From an uncultured Actinomycetes bacterium (lineage in GTDB: Bacteria; Actinomycetota; Thermoleophilia; Gaiellales; JAICJC01), in assembly GCA_963737445.1 (NCBI GenBank), contig CAVTSO010000002.1:47474-111473 (forward strand): 64,000 nucleotides of DNA, read 5' to 3'. Each line of letters starts with the position of its first letter. The first letter of the stretch is position 1. Shown one piece after another: positions 16,264-25,471 of this stretch. The translations under genes and the position numbers were made by a program. The notes below the pieces were generated by a model. The model searched no databases. It saw nothing but the letters and a program-made list of their open reading frames with translations, and was not told the origin of the DNA.

Positions 16264-17625
16264 ATGTCAACTGCGCGCCGTACGGCGCTTCTGTCATTTC
16301 TGGCGGCCCTTGCTCTCGTTGCCACGAAGCTCGTGGTGGGGCTGGCCACGTCAAGCCTCGGCATCCTGGCCGAGGCCCTCCACTCCGGCTTCGACGCCGT
16401 CGCCGCGCTGCTCTCGCTGTACGCGGTGGGCGTCGCCGAGCGGCCGCCAGACGAGCAACATCAGTACGGCCACGGCAAGGCCCAGCACCTGGCGGCGCTG
16501 TCGGAGGCGGCGATCCTGGCCGCCGTCGCGATCTGGATCGGCTTCGAGGCGGTGATGCGGCTGCGGTCCGGCGGTGGCGACGTACAGCCGGAGTGGTACG
16601 CCTTCGTGCTGCTGTTCGGGGTGCTGATCGTCGACGCCGCGCGCTGGTCGGTCTCGTTCCGAACCGGCACCCGGGAGCGAAACGCGGCGCTCCTGGCAAG
16701 CGCGTGGCACTTCGCGTCCGATTTCGCCGGCACCACCGCCGTGCTGATCGGCCTGGCGCTGGTCTCCGCCGGGTATCCCCGGGCCGATGCCGTCGCGGCG
16801 CTGACGGTGGCTGCGCTGGTGCTGGTCGCGGCGGCGCGGCTGGCCCTGCGCAACGTCGATGCGCTGATGGACCGCGCGCCCAGCGGGCTCGACCGGCAGA
16901 TCGGGCAGATTGCCCAGGCGGTGCCGGGCGTCGCCGAGGTGCGATCGGTGCGTGTGCGTGAGGCCGGCGGCGAGAGCTTCGCCGACGTGGTGATCGGCGT
17001 CTCCCGGCTCGAGGGGCTGGAGCGCAGCCACCAGACCATGGATCAGGTCGAAGACGCGGTGCGCTCGCAGATCGGGCCGGCCCAGGTGACGGTGCACGTC
17101 GAGCCCAGCACCGGCGCCGAGGCGCCCAACGAGCGGGTGGCGGCTGCTGCCCTGCGGGTGCCGGGCGTGGTCGAGACCCACAACATCTCGGTGCTCGAGC
17201 AGAGCACCGGCGGGCGTGCCATCACGCTGCACGTGCGACTGCCCGAGGACATGCCGATGCGTGAGGCTGCGCTCACGGTCGAGCAACTGAAGCGGGAGAT
17301 CCGCTCCGAGTTCGGCGTCGCCCGCGTCTACGCGCACGTGGAGCCGTCCGCCTTGGGCGCGCAGCCCGCACGGGACATCGGGGCCGAGCAGCCGCAGCTG
17401 GTGCGCGCCGCCAGCGAGGCGGTCACCCGGGTGGCCGGCCAGGGTGCGGCGGAGGTGGTGGTCTATCGCCAGGGCGAGCGCCTGCTGGTGGTGACCTCGC
17501 TGCGGGCGCAGCCGGGGCGCAGCGTGCGCGAGGCGCACGTCCTGGCAAGCCGAGTCGAGGACGCCGTCCGCGACGCCCTCGACTCGGTCGACGATGTGAT
17601 CGTCGAGGTCTCTGCCGACGCTTAG
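16264..17625 (+). CDS. cation diffusion facilitator (CDF) transporter with three tandem cytoplasmic C-terminal domains
   Basis: Start MSTARRTALL (ATG 16264) inside ORF 15937..17625. TM domain with HSGFDAVAA...HQYGHGKAQHL, then three alpha-beta repeats ending VHVEPS, AHVEPS and IVEVS. Confidence 0.85.
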   Translation: MSTARRTALLSFLAALALVATKLVVGLATSSLGILAEALHSGFDAVAALLSLYAVGVAERPPDEQHQYGHGKAQHLAALSEAAILAAVAIWIGFEAVMRLRSGGGDVQPEWYAFVLLFGVLIVDAARWSVSFRTGTRERNAALLASAWHFASDFAGTTAVLIGLALVSAGYPRADAVAALTVAALVLVAAARLALRNVDALMDRAPSGLDRQIGQIAQAVPGVAEVRSVRVREAGGESFADVVIGVSRLEGLERSHQTMDQVEDAVRSQIGPAQVTVHVEPSTGAEAPNERVAAAALRVPGVVETHNISVLEQSTGGRAITLHVRLPEDMPMREAALTVEQLKREIRSEFGVARVYAHVEPSALGAQPARDIGAEQPQLVRAASEAVTRVAGQGAAEVVVYRQGERLLVVTSLRAQPGRSVREAHVLASRVEDAVRDALDSVDDVIVEVSADA

Positions 17626-18806
17626 CTCGTGTGAGCCGCCAGCGTCACGTTCACGGTCATGGTGTGACCGTCGCGGACGATCTCGAGCTGAACCGTGTCA
17701 CCCGGCTTCTTCGAGCTGATGCCGTTGGCCAGGTCGTCGAACGTGGTGATCTCGTGGCCGTCGATCTTGGTGATCACGTCTCCGCCCAGCACCACCGTCT
17801 GGCCCTGGATCGTGGCCTGGGTGGTGCCGGCCTTGAGCCCGGCCTTGGCGGCCGGTGAGCCCGCCTCGACCTTGCCGATCAGCACGCCGTGGTTGACGCT
17901 CAGGTTGAGCGCGTTGGCCAGGGCGGGCGTCACCTCGGAACCGAGGATGCCCAGGTAGGTGTGCTCGGCCTTGCCGCTCGTGATGATCTGGTCGGCGACG
18001 GTGCGCACGGTGTTGATCGGGACGGCGAAGCCGATGCCGATGCTGCCGCTCTGGGGGTTGTTGGGATCGTCGGACAGGATCTGGCTGGTGATGCCGATCA
18101 CCTGGCCCTCGTCGTTGATCAGCGGGCCGCCGGAGTTGCCGTGGTTGATGGCGGCGTCGGTCTGGATCGCTCCCCGGATCTGGACGTCGCCCTGGAGCGA
18201 GCCGATGTCGCGGTTCAGGGCCGACACGATGCCCGTGGTGACGGTGCGCGTCTCACCCAGCGGGTTTCCGATCGCGACCACCGGGTCGCCGACCTGAGCG
18301 GTCGAGGAGTTGCCCAGCGGGAGCGGCGTCAGCGCGTCTGACGGCGCGTCCACCTTGAGGACGGCGACGTCGGTGCTCTTGTCGATGCCCAGCACGGTTG
18401 CGTTGTAGGTCTTGGCGGCCTGGGTGTCAGAGCCGAATGCGACCTGCACCTTGGATGCGTTCAGGACGACGTGCGCGTTGGTCAGGATGTGGCCGCTCTT
18501 GTCGATCACGAAGCCCGAGCCGAGCGCCTGCTGCTGTTGCTGCTGGGGGGCGGCGAAGGGGTCGGCGGGGTTCTGCGCGGTTGTTGTGGACGTGGCCGTC
18601 ACGACGACGACTCCTGGTGCATCCTTGCGGTAGATCTGGTTGACGGAGAGACCGGTCGGGCTCGATGCGCTGACGGGCGAGACCTGCGTCTGCGTGTGGA
18701 CGATGGTGCGTGTATCCGTGTGTGTCGAGTTGATTGTGTAGGCCGATCCGGCACCCACGAGCGCTGCCACGACAACCAGCGCTCCGTATCTCAGATAATT
18801 TCTCAT
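17622..18806 (-). CDS. HtrA/DegP-family serine protease with PDZ domain
   Basis: TM anchor, catalytic motifs TNAHVV and GNSGGPL, and a C-terminal PDZ-like region. Confidence 0.9.
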   Translation of the reverse strand: MRNYLRYGALVVVAALVGAGSAYTINSTHTDTRTIVHTQTQVSPVSASSPTGLSVNQIYRKDAPGVVVVTATSTTTAQNPADPFAAPQQQQQQALGSGFVIDKSGHILTNAHVVLNASKVQVAFGSDTQAAKTYNATVLGIDKSTDVAVLKVDAPSDALTPLPLGNSSTAQVGDPVVAIGNPLGETRTVTTGIVSALNRDIGSLQGDVQIRGAIQTDAAINHGNSGGPLINDEGQVIGITSQILSDDPNNPQSGSIGIGFAVPINTVRTVADQIITSGKAEHTYLGILGSEVTPALANALNLSVNHGVLIGKVEAGSPAAKAGLKAGTTQATIQGQTVVLGGDVITKIDGHEITTFDDLANGISSKKPGDTVQLEIVRDGHTMTVNVTLAAHTS

Positions 18807-18841
18807 GGCCCGTGTTGTAGGCGGCCGGAATTAGTCCCTGA

Positions 18842-19282
18842 TTACAGGCTTGGAGCCGGATTGGAGCGCCGCCGCTGCTCTCGGCGCGCGACCAGGTTCG
18901 AGACCACCGCCACCAGCAGCAGCGCGGAGACGTGCGCGACGGTGATGCTGAGCCGGTGCAGCGGGTTGGAGCCGTCGCGCCACACCCGGGCGAGGTTCGC
19001 CAGCACCCCCACCGACCCGATGATGGCGACCGCGTCGGCCACCGGGGCACCGGCGCCGTTCTCGATGTAAAGCGCGACGCGGCTCGAGATCAGGACGGCC
19101 GCGAGCACGGCCGCCAGCGCCACGCCGTGGCTGAAGGCCAGGTCGCGCCGCCCGCTGATGCCGTCCGCGCCGTTCCAGTCAAGCGCCAGGTGCAGCAGCA
19201 CCACCAGCGCGGCAGGCACCCCGGCGGCTGCGGTGTACGTGCGCAGGTCGGCTGCCGTCACGCCCACTATGGTAGCCCGCAT
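18842..19282 (-). CDS. hypothetical membrane protein
   Basis: Hydrophobic ORF (frame of 18842..19303). The start is uncertain: ATG 19282 within a GCATGC palindrome, or downstream GTGs. Confidence 0.35.
   Translation of the reverse strand: MRATIVGVTAADLRTYTAAAGVPAALVVLLHLALDWNGADGISGRRDLAFSHGVALAAVLAAVLISSRVALYIENGAGAPVADAVAIIGSVGVLANLARVWRDGSNPLHRLSITVAHVSALLLVAVVSNLVARREQRRRSNPAPSL
19268..19273 (+). promoter_or_regulatory. -10-like TATGGT 7 nt upstream of ATG 19281
   Basis: TATGGTagcccgcATG. Confidence 0.4.
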
Positions 19283-20246
19283 GCAGGTGCGCCTGATCGC
19301 CAACCCGAACGCATCGGGCGTGCAGGGAGCGCTGATCGACCAGGTGGCTGCGCGGCTGGCACGTGCGGGCGACGTCGAGGTGCGCCTGACCGAGCGGCCC
19401 GGTCAGGCCACCGACTTGGCGCGCGCGCCGGGCGCCGACGTGGTGGTGGCGATGGGCGGCGACGGCACCGCCAACGAGGTCGCCAACGGGATGCCGCCCG
19501 ACGCGCTGATGGGAGTGGTGCCGGCCGGCGCCACCTCGGTGTTCGCGCGGCAGCTGCGGCTGCCCAGGCAGACGCTGCCGGCGGCGACCGTGCTGGCGGC
19601 CGCGATCGCGGAGCGGCGCTGGCGCCCGGTCGGACTCGGCTCGGTGAACGGCCGCATGTTCACGTTCTCGGCCGGCATGGGCCTGGAGGCCGAGGCCACG
19701 CGGATCGTGGACGAGCGGCGGCGTCAGCGCCCCGACGGCCGCAGGCCCCGCGACAGCGCGGTCGTGGCTGCCGCCGGGAGGGCGCTGTGGAGCGACCGCT
19801 TGTCGATGCCGGCGCGCATCACCGTGACGGCCGGCGACCGCTCAATGCGCGCGTCCTACCTCGCGATCGCAAACCAGCATCCCTACTCCTACTGGGGCCG
19901 GCTGCCGGTGCGTACGACGCCCCGTGCGAGCTTTGCGTCGGCGCTGGACGCGGTGGTCGTGTCGGCTCTGCGGCCGCGTCAGCTCTGGCGGCTGCCTGCC
20001 TACGGGCTGGTGTGGCCGCGTCACGCGCGGGGCGGAGACCGCCACGTCACCTATCTGCATGACGTGGTTGCGCTCGACGTCGCCTGCGACGTGCCGGTCG
20101 GGCTGCAGCTGGACGGCGAGTACCTGGGGCAGGTGGAGGCGGCCGAGGTTCGCTACCACCCGCAGGCGCTGAGGGTGCTCATCCCACCCGCGGCGGAGGC
20201 GTCCTTCCCGGTCCCGGCACCGGAGCCGGCAGCGGCAGGTACGTGA
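19281..20246 (+). CDS. diacylglycerol-kinase-family lipid kinase (YegS/BmrU-like)
   Basis: Start MQVRLIANPNASG (ATG 19281). AMGGDGTANEV motif. Confidence 0.75.
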   Translation: MQVRLIANPNASGVQGALIDQVAARLARAGDVEVRLTERPGQATDLARAPGADVVVAMGGDGTANEVANGMPPDALMGVVPAGATSVFARQLRLPRQTLPAATVLAAAIAERRWRPVGLGSVNGRMFTFSAGMGLEAEATRIVDERRRQRPDGRRPRDSAVVAAAGRALWSDRLSMPARITVTAGDRSMRASYLAIANQHPYSYWGRLPVRTTPRASFASALDAVVVSALRPRQLWRLPAYGLVWPRHARGGDRHVTYLHDVVALDVACDVPVGLQLDGEYLGQVEAAEVRYHPQALRVLIPPAAEASFPVPAPEPAAAGT

Positions 20247-21030
20247 CGCTGGGCCGGCCGCGCGTCGGCTGTGGGAACAGCGCCATGAGCTCGTAGACGA
20301 GCACCGGCAGATCGGTGCCGACGGCCAGCCCAAGGTCGCGCGCCCGGTGCACGGTGATCGGGAAGTCGTGGGTGAAGTAGCCGCCCGCCAGGAGCTCCGC
20401 CAGGCGGCCGGCCTGCTCCGCCGGCATCCGGTCGTCCAGCAGGTCGGTCACGAAGGCGAGCACCTGGCGGCGCGCCTTCTCGGCGACGTCAGCCAGCACC
20501 AGGAACCGGTCATCGATCTGGGCCGGCTCCTTGGCCGCCACCACGCGCAGGATGGATGCGGCCGGCATGTCGCCCAGCTGCGGGTCGACCGGTCCCAGCA
20601 CGGCGTGGGCGTCCATCACGATCTCGTCGGCGGCCAGCGCGATCAGGGTGCCGCCGCTCATCGCGTAGTGGGGCACGAGCACGGTCACCCGGGCCGGGTG
20701 GTCGCGCACCGCGTGCGCGATCTGCTCGGCGGCCAGCACCAGCCCGCCGGGCGTGTGCAGCACCAGGTCGATGGGCCGGTCGTCCGGCGTCAACCGGATC
20801 GCCCGCAGCACCTGCTCGGAGTCGTCGATGTCAATGAAGCGCACCAGCGGCACGCCGAACAGCCCGATCTGCTCTTGCCGATGGATGATCGTGATCACCT
20901 GGCTACCGCGCTCCCGCTGCAGCGCCGACAGCCGCCGCGACCGCGCCGCCACCACCGCGCGCTGCCGGATCAGCGGAGCCACCACGGTCAGGAACACGAT
21001 CACCAGGAAGCCGAGTACCACCCAGACCAT
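20179..21030 (-). CDS. membrane-anchored SDH-family ClpP-fold serine protease
   Basis: 283-aa ORF with LHTPGGLV and AMSGGTLIALAADEIVM motifs. Its Pro-rich tail overlaps the convergent gene by 68 nt. Confidence 0.7.
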   Translation of the reverse strand: MVWVVLGFLVIVFLTVVAPLIRQRAVVAARSRRLSALQRERGSQVITIIHRQEQIGLFGVPLVRFIDIDDSEQVLRAIRLTPDDRPIDLVLHTPGGLVLAAEQIAHAVRDHPARVTVLVPHYAMSGGTLIALAADEIVMDAHAVLGPVDPQLGDMPAASILRVVAAKEPAQIDDRFLVLADVAEKARRQVLAFVTDLLDDRMPAEQAGRLAELLAGGYFTHDFPITVHRARDLGLAVGTDLPVLVYELMALFPQPTRGRPSVTYLPLPAPVPGPGRTPPPRVG

Positions 21031-21060
21031 GGCCTGACCCTACTCTATGATCTCGCACCG

Positions 21061-21606
21061 ATGGATCTGGCGATTGCTATCGGTCAGGGGCTGGGGCTCG
21101 CGGTGGCCGCCGGGTTCTTCGCGACGGCGCCGCTGGCGGTGGCCTCCTCGGTGGCGGCGCTGGGCTTCGCCGACGGCTCGCTGGGCTGGGCCGACGACCC
21201 GCTGACGGTGGCGCTTCTGTGGGTGCTGGCCGCCGTCGAGCTAGCGGCCGACGCGATCTGGCCCGGCGCCGAGGCCGGCGGGCGGCTGCTGCGGCGAGTG
21301 GTGGGCGGTGGCCTCGTGTTCGAGCTCGTGGCGGGCGATGAGCTGCCCTACGTCGGTCTCGCGGTGGGCGCCGGCGTGGCCGCCGCTGTCGCGCTGACGC
21401 TGCGCCAGATCCGGATCCGGGCGATCCGTGCCGGCGGCGACGTGCGCGGAACCGCGATGGTCGAGGACGGTACCGGTGTGGCCACGTCGGTGGCCGGAGC
21501 CATTCCGTTCGTAGGCTTCCTGCTGGCCGGGGCGGCGGCGGTGCTGTTCGCGCGCACGCGCCGGCGCGACCAGGAGAAGTACAAGGGGCTGCGCGTCCTG
21601 CGCTGA
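21061..21606 (+). CDS. membrane protein (DUF4126-like)
   Basis: Start MDLAIAIGQG (ATG 21061) inside ORF 20347..21606. Gly/Ala-rich TM spans and a basic C-terminus. Confidence 0.5.
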   Translation: MDLAIAIGQGLGLAVAAGFFATAPLAVASSVAALGFADGSLGWADDPLTVALLWVLAAVELAADAIWPGAEAGGRLLRRVVGGGLVFELVAGDELPYVGLAVGAGVAAAVALTLRQIRIRAIRAGGDVRGTAMVEDGTGVATSVAGAIPFVGFLLAGAAAVLFARTRRRDQEKYKGLRVLR

Positions 21607-21670
21607 GAACGGCGACAGAGCCACCGGCGGAAACGTCCCGCCGCACACCTGTCCGCGACCGCGGCTGACC

Positions 21671-21676
21671 TACAAT
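21671..21676 (+). promoter_or_regulatory. -10-like TACAAT 8 nt upstream of ATG 21685
   Basis: TACAATcagcggtcATG. Confidence 0.5.
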
Positions 21677-21684
21677 CAGCGGTC

Positions 21685-23118
21685 ATGCCCAAGAAGCTGA
21701 TCCTGACGGTGATCGACGGGCTCGGGCCGGCCCTGCTTGACCGCGCGGTCGCCGCCGGCCGCGCACCCACGCTGGCCCACCTGCAGGAGCTGGGCGACCG
21801 CAGCGATGCCTGCGTCTCCACCTTCCCCTCCCTGACGCCGGTCTGCCTGTCGTCGCTGATCACGGGCCGTCACCCGGCGGGGCACCGGATCCCGAGCATG
21901 ACCTGGTACCACCGAGACGAGGGCCGCTTCGTGGAGTACGGGTCGTCGTTCCTGGCGACGCTGGCCGAGGGCACCCGGCAGATGGTGGACGACGTGCTGG
22001 TCAACCTGAACCTGCTGCACCTCTCCCCGCGCGCGACGACCGTGTTCGAGGCGCTGGAAGATGAGGGCCTGGTCACCGCCGCGGTCAACACCTACATCTG
22101 CCGGGGCCGTGTGCGCCATCCGATCACCCGCGAGGCGGCGCGCCGGATCGCCCGGCGGGTCGGCATCGTGGATGCCGTGTACGGGCCGCGCCGGTACTTC
22201 TTCGGGGAGCTGTTCTGGTCGGACGACACCGGGGCGCCTCATAACTTCGGGGGCTCGGTCGACCGCCACGGCGGCCACGTCGGGCGCTGGCTGGTGACCC
22301 GCGACGGATTCGACTTCCTGTTCCTGTACCTCTACGAGACCGACGCCGCTCAGCACCGGGGCGGGGACGTGATGGGGGCGGTGGAGCAGGCGGATGCATC
22401 GCTGGGGCTCCTGGTCGATGCGGCCGGCGGGTGGGACCAGTTCCTGGAGCGCTACGCCGTGATGGTGGTGGCCGACCACAGCCAGAGCACGGTGGAGCGG
22501 GCCGTCGACGCGCACGAGCCGCTGGACGGGCTGAAGCTGTTTCGCTCCAGCCGCCACTCCGATCCGGCCGAGTGCGATCTGGCCGTGGCCGCAAGCAACC
22601 GGGTGGCGATGGCCTATCTGCTGCCCGGCGGCCGGCTGACCGCGAGCGAGGTCGGTCACAGGTACGCGCGGCACCCGTTCAGCGACGTCGTGATGTGGCA
22701 GGAGGGCGCCTGGTACGCCGTGCGCCGCGAGGGCGGTGAGCTGCGCTTCCGGCGTGGCGAGGGGTTCGAGGACGCGCGTGGCAACAGCTGGGAGCTGGCG
22801 GGCGACCGTGACCTGCTCGACCCCGCGCTCTACCCGAACGCGCTGGAGCGGATCGAGGGCGCCGCGTCGTGCGCGACCTCGGGCGACGTGATCGTGTCGG
22901 CCCGGCTCGGCGACGAGTTTGCCGACTCGGGCGGCCAGCACCACGCCGGCGGCGGCAGCCACGGCTCGCTGCGCGCCGAGGACTCGCTGGTGCCGCTGAT
23001 CACGGCCGGGTTCGACGCGCCCACCGGCCTGGGAGCCCAGCCGTCGATCACCGATCTGACGCCGCTGGCGCTGCGCCACTTCTCACGCACTGCGGAGCCG
23101 GCAAGATCAATCATCTAG
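21685..23118 (+). CDS. alkaline-phosphatase-superfamily nucleotide pyrophosphatase/phosphodiesterase-like protein
   Basis: 477-aa ORF with LTVIDGLGPAL...FPSLTPVCLSSLITG...ADHSQS...GGSHGS motifs. Confidence 0.7.
   Translation: MPKKLILTVIDGLGPALLDRAVAAGRAPTLAHLQELGDRSDACVSTFPSLTPVCLSSLITGRHPAGHRIPSMTWYHRDEGRFVEYGSSFLATLAEGTRQMVDDVLVNLNLLHLSPRATTVFEALEDEGLVTAAVNTYICRGRVRHPITREAARRIARRVGIVDAVYGPRRYFFGELFWSDDTGAPHNFGGSVDRHGGHVGRWLVTRDGFDFLFLYLYETDAAQHRGGDVMGAVEQADASLGLLVDAAGGWDQFLERYAVMVVADHSQSTVERAVDAHEPLDGLKLFRSSRHSDPAECDLAVAASNRVAMAYLLPGGRLTASEVGHRYARHPFSDVVMWQEGAWYAVRREGGELRFRRGEGFEDARGNSWELAGDRDLLDPALYPNALERIEGAASCATSGDVIVSARLGDEFADSGGQHHAGGGSHGSLRAEDSLVPLITAGFDAPTGLGAQPSITDLTPLALRHFSRTAEPARSII
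23103..23118 (+). repeat. copy of the 16-nt repeat (AAGATCAATCATCTAG)
   Basis: 12/16 identical to the copy at 23586. It forms the last codons and TAG stop of the phosphodiesterase-like gene. Confidence 0.5.
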
Positions 23119-23121
23119 GGT
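23116..23121 (+). promoter_or_regulatory. -10-like TAGGGT 7 nt upstream of the gtrA-like ATG
   Basis: TAGGGTttgcccgATG. The TAG is also the stop of the upstream gene and the end of a repeat copy. Confidence 0.4.
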
Positions 23122-23128
23122 TTGCCCG

Positions 23129-23581
23129 ATGAAGGACGCCCGTAGCGACGTGGCCGCTGTCGGCCTCAAAGGCCATGCCGAGCGGTTCAACGTCGGGGTG
23201 CGAAGCCATCACAACTGGCTGGAGCTGGCGCGCTTCTGCGTCGTGGGCGGATCCGGCTACGTCATCAACGTGGGGCTGTTCACGCTGTTCTACCGCAGCC
23301 TGCCCTACCCGATCGCGTTCGTGCTCGCCTTCGTGGTGGCGGCGACCAGCAACTTCATCTGGAACCGGGTGTGGACGTTCAAGATCGAGCACGGAGAACC
23401 GCACGTCCAGTACGCCAGGTTCCTGGCGGTCAGCCTGCTCGCGCTCGCCATCGACCTGGTGGCGCTGGCGTTCCTGGTCGAGGTGGTGGGACTGCACAAG
23501 CCGGTCGCCGCGGCGATCGCCATCGTGGTCGCAACGCCCATCAGCTTCCTCGGCAATAAGCTCTGGAGCTTCGCCGCGTAG
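23129..23581 (+). CDS. GtrA-family membrane protein
   Basis: 150-aa ORF with RFCVVGGSGYVINVGLFTLFY and four TM spans. Confidence 0.75.
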   Translation: MKDARSDVAAVGLKGHAERFNVGVRSHHNWLELARFCVVGGSGYVINVGLFTLFYRSLPYPIAFVLAFVVAATSNFIWNRVWTFKIEHGEPHVQYARFLAVSLLALAIDLVALAFLVEVVGLHKPVAAAIAIVVATPISFLGNKLWSFAA

Positions 23582-25471
23582 TTGTGGAATCGATCATCTA
23601 GAGGCGCGATCGCGCTCGTGCTGGCGCTGCTGCTGGCGCCGGGCGTCGCGCGCGCCGACGCCAAGCCACATCTGACGGCGGCGCGCGTGATCGCGATCGC
23701 GGCCAGCGACCCGGCGGTGGGGCCGCTGTTCGCGGCCAACAAGGGGGCGCACTGGGAGGTCGTGTTCGATGCGCCCAGCGGGACGTGGACGGCCGTGCTC
23801 GAGCCCCGCGGCAAGCACAACGTGCTGGCCTCGTTCAAGATCGACGACTCCACCAGCGCGATCCTGAGCACCACGGTGACGCCGACGCTGGGACCTCCTC
23901 GGCTGACGTCAGCCGAGGCGATCACGCTGGCGCGGCGCTCCGGCGCACTGCGCAGCTGGATCGCCCAGTACCCGGGCGTCGAGGCCACGGCCACGCTCGG
24001 CGACGACCGCGTGTGGACGGTCGCCTTCGATGACCGCGACGGCGCGCAGGTGGCGGCGGCCCGCGTCAACGACACGGCGATGACGCTGACGAACGTCCGC
24101 ACCGGGCCGCAGGTGGACTGGCAGCTGGCCCGCGGCGAGCCCTCGTCGTACGGGCGCCTGGCCAACCGCTGGTGGGTGTTCCTGCCGCTCTGCGCCCTGT
24201 TCCTGGGCGGGCTGGTGGACTGGCGCCGGCCCTTCACCATGCGCACGCTCGACCTGCTGGCGCTGCTCTCGTTCGGCGTCTCCCTGCATTGGTTCAACCA
24301 GGGCGACGTGTTCATCTCGACGCCGCTGATCTACCCGCCGCTGGTCTACCTGCTGGTCAGGATGATGCGCCTCGGCAGCAGCCACCGGCCCCGCGGCATC
24401 GACATCGGTGCGACGCATGCGCTGGTGCTGGTTGCGCTGTGCTTCGCCCTGATCGGCTTCCGGCTGGGGCTGAACAACCGGGACTCGAACATCCTCGACG
24501 TCGGCTACGCCGGCGTGGTCGGCGCCGACCTGCTGCTGAACGGCAGCCAGCCCTACGGGAACATGCCGAGCAGCCAGGGGACGGCCTGCGCCGGCCGCTA
24601 CGCGAACGGCGATCCGATCGGCTACGTCCAGTCCACCAGCGGCCGCTGCGAGTCGCCGATCTCAAGCGGCGACACGTACGGGCCGGCGGTGTACGTCGCG
24701 TACATGCCGTTCGTGGCGCTCTTCGGCTGGAGCGGGCTCTGGGATGACCTGCCGGCTGCGCACGTGGCCGCCTGCGCGTTCGACCTGCTGGCGATGGCGG
24801 GCCTGTTCGTGGCCGGCTGGCGGTTCGGCAACCCGCGGCTGGGCACGCTGTTGGCGTTCGCCTGGGTGGCCAACCCGTTCACGCTCTACGCGCTCAACAT
24901 GAACACCAACGACGCGCTGGTCGGCGCGCTGCTGGCCTGGTTCATCGCAGCCCTGTCGGTGCCGTGGCTGCGGGGCGGCCTGATGGCGGCGGCCGGATTT
25001 GCCAAGCTCGGCCCGCTGGCGCTGGTGCCGCTGCTGATGTCGCTGCGGGGGCGGGTGGCGACGCTGGCCGGGTTCGTGGGGGCCTCGCTGCTGCTGCTGT
25101 CGATGCTGGCGCGGCAGAGCGACGGCCTGCACCTGTTCTGGGAGCGCACGTTCCACTACCAGCTGAACCGGGTGACGCCGCTCTCGATCTGGACGCTGGG
25201 TGCGTTCCACCCGGGGTGGCCGACCCTGCACTGGCTGCAGCAGGCGCTGCAGGTTGCGGTGGTGCTGGGCTGCCTACTGCTGGCGGTGCTGCCGCGCGGT
25301 CGCAAGGACGCGGTGGCCGTGGCGGCGCTGGCCGCAGCCGCGCTGATCGCGACGCAGGTGGTCTCCAGCTACTGGTTCTACCCCTACATCTGCTGGTGGC
25401 TGCCGCTGGCGCTGTTCGCCATGCTGGTGCCGCGGCGGGCGCCGTCGCCGCAGCCGCTCAGCCCGCGCTGA
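23582..25471 (+). CDS. large polytopic membrane protein, glycosyltransferase-like (GT87/DUF2029-like), with an extracytoplasmic N-terminal domain
   Basis: 629-aa ORF, TTG start, signal peptide WNRSSRGAIALVLALLLAPGVARA, about 150 soluble residues, then many TM spans. Confidence 0.5.
   Translation: MWNRSSRGAIALVLALLLAPGVARADAKPHLTAARVIAIAASDPAVGPLFAANKGAHWEVVFDAPSGTWTAVLEPRGKHNVLASFKIDDSTSAILSTTVTPTLGPPRLTSAEAITLARRSGALRSWIAQYPGVEATATLGDDRVWTVAFDDRDGAQVAAARVNDTAMTLTNVRTGPQVDWQLARGEPSSYGRLANRWWVFLPLCALFLGGLVDWRRPFTMRTLDLLALLSFGVSLHWFNQGDVFISTPLIYPPLVYLLVRMMRLGSSHRPRGIDIGATHALVLVALCFALIGFRLGLNNRDSNILDVGYAGVVGADLLLNGSQPYGNMPSSQGTACAGRYANGDPIGYVQSTSGRCESPISSGDTYGPAVYVAYMPFVALFGWSGLWDDLPAAHVAACAFDLLAMAGLFVAGWRFGNPRLGTLLAFAWVANPFTLYALNMNTNDALVGALLAWFIAALSVPWLRGGLMAAAGFAKLGPLALVPLLMSLRGRVATLAGFVGASLLLLSMLARQSDGLHLFWERTFHYQLNRVTPLSIWTLGAFHPGWPTLHWLQQALQVAVVLGCLLLAVLPRGRKDAVAVAALAAAALIATQVVSSYWFYPYICWWLPLALFAMLVPRRAPSPQPLSPR
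23586..23601 (+). repeat. copy of the 16-nt repeat (GGAATCGATCATCTAG)
   Basis: Lies 5 nt after the gtrA-like stop and encodes residues WNRSSR of the next gene. Confidence 0.6.

Noticed and set aside
20179-20246. 68-nt overlap of convergent genes (lipid kinase and Clp-fold protease) as an antisense regulatory arrangement.
   Set aside because: Both overlapping tails are low-complexity Pro/Ala-rich extensions. Given the indel problem in this sequence, either 3' end may be artefactually extended.
14081-23114. A conserved micropeptide (M-I/V-D-S...) encoded by the mini-ORFs that start in the reverse complement of the 16-nt repeat.
   Set aside because: Only the first 3-4 codons are shared, and they are dictated by the DNA repeat itself (CTAG ATG RTY GAT). 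Lengths and the remaining sequence are unrelated.
23582-23592. TTGTGGAAT resembling a DnaA box (origin of replication).
   Set aside because: It is a single imperfect match that is part of the 16-nt repeat. There is no cluster of boxes, no AT-rich unwinding element, and no dnaA/dnaN nearby.
23103-23601. Integron-style attC sites flanking the gtrA-like cassette.
   Set aside because: No integrase is present, the repeats are only 16 nt, and they do not match the GTTRRRY core or the imperfect-palindrome architecture of attC.
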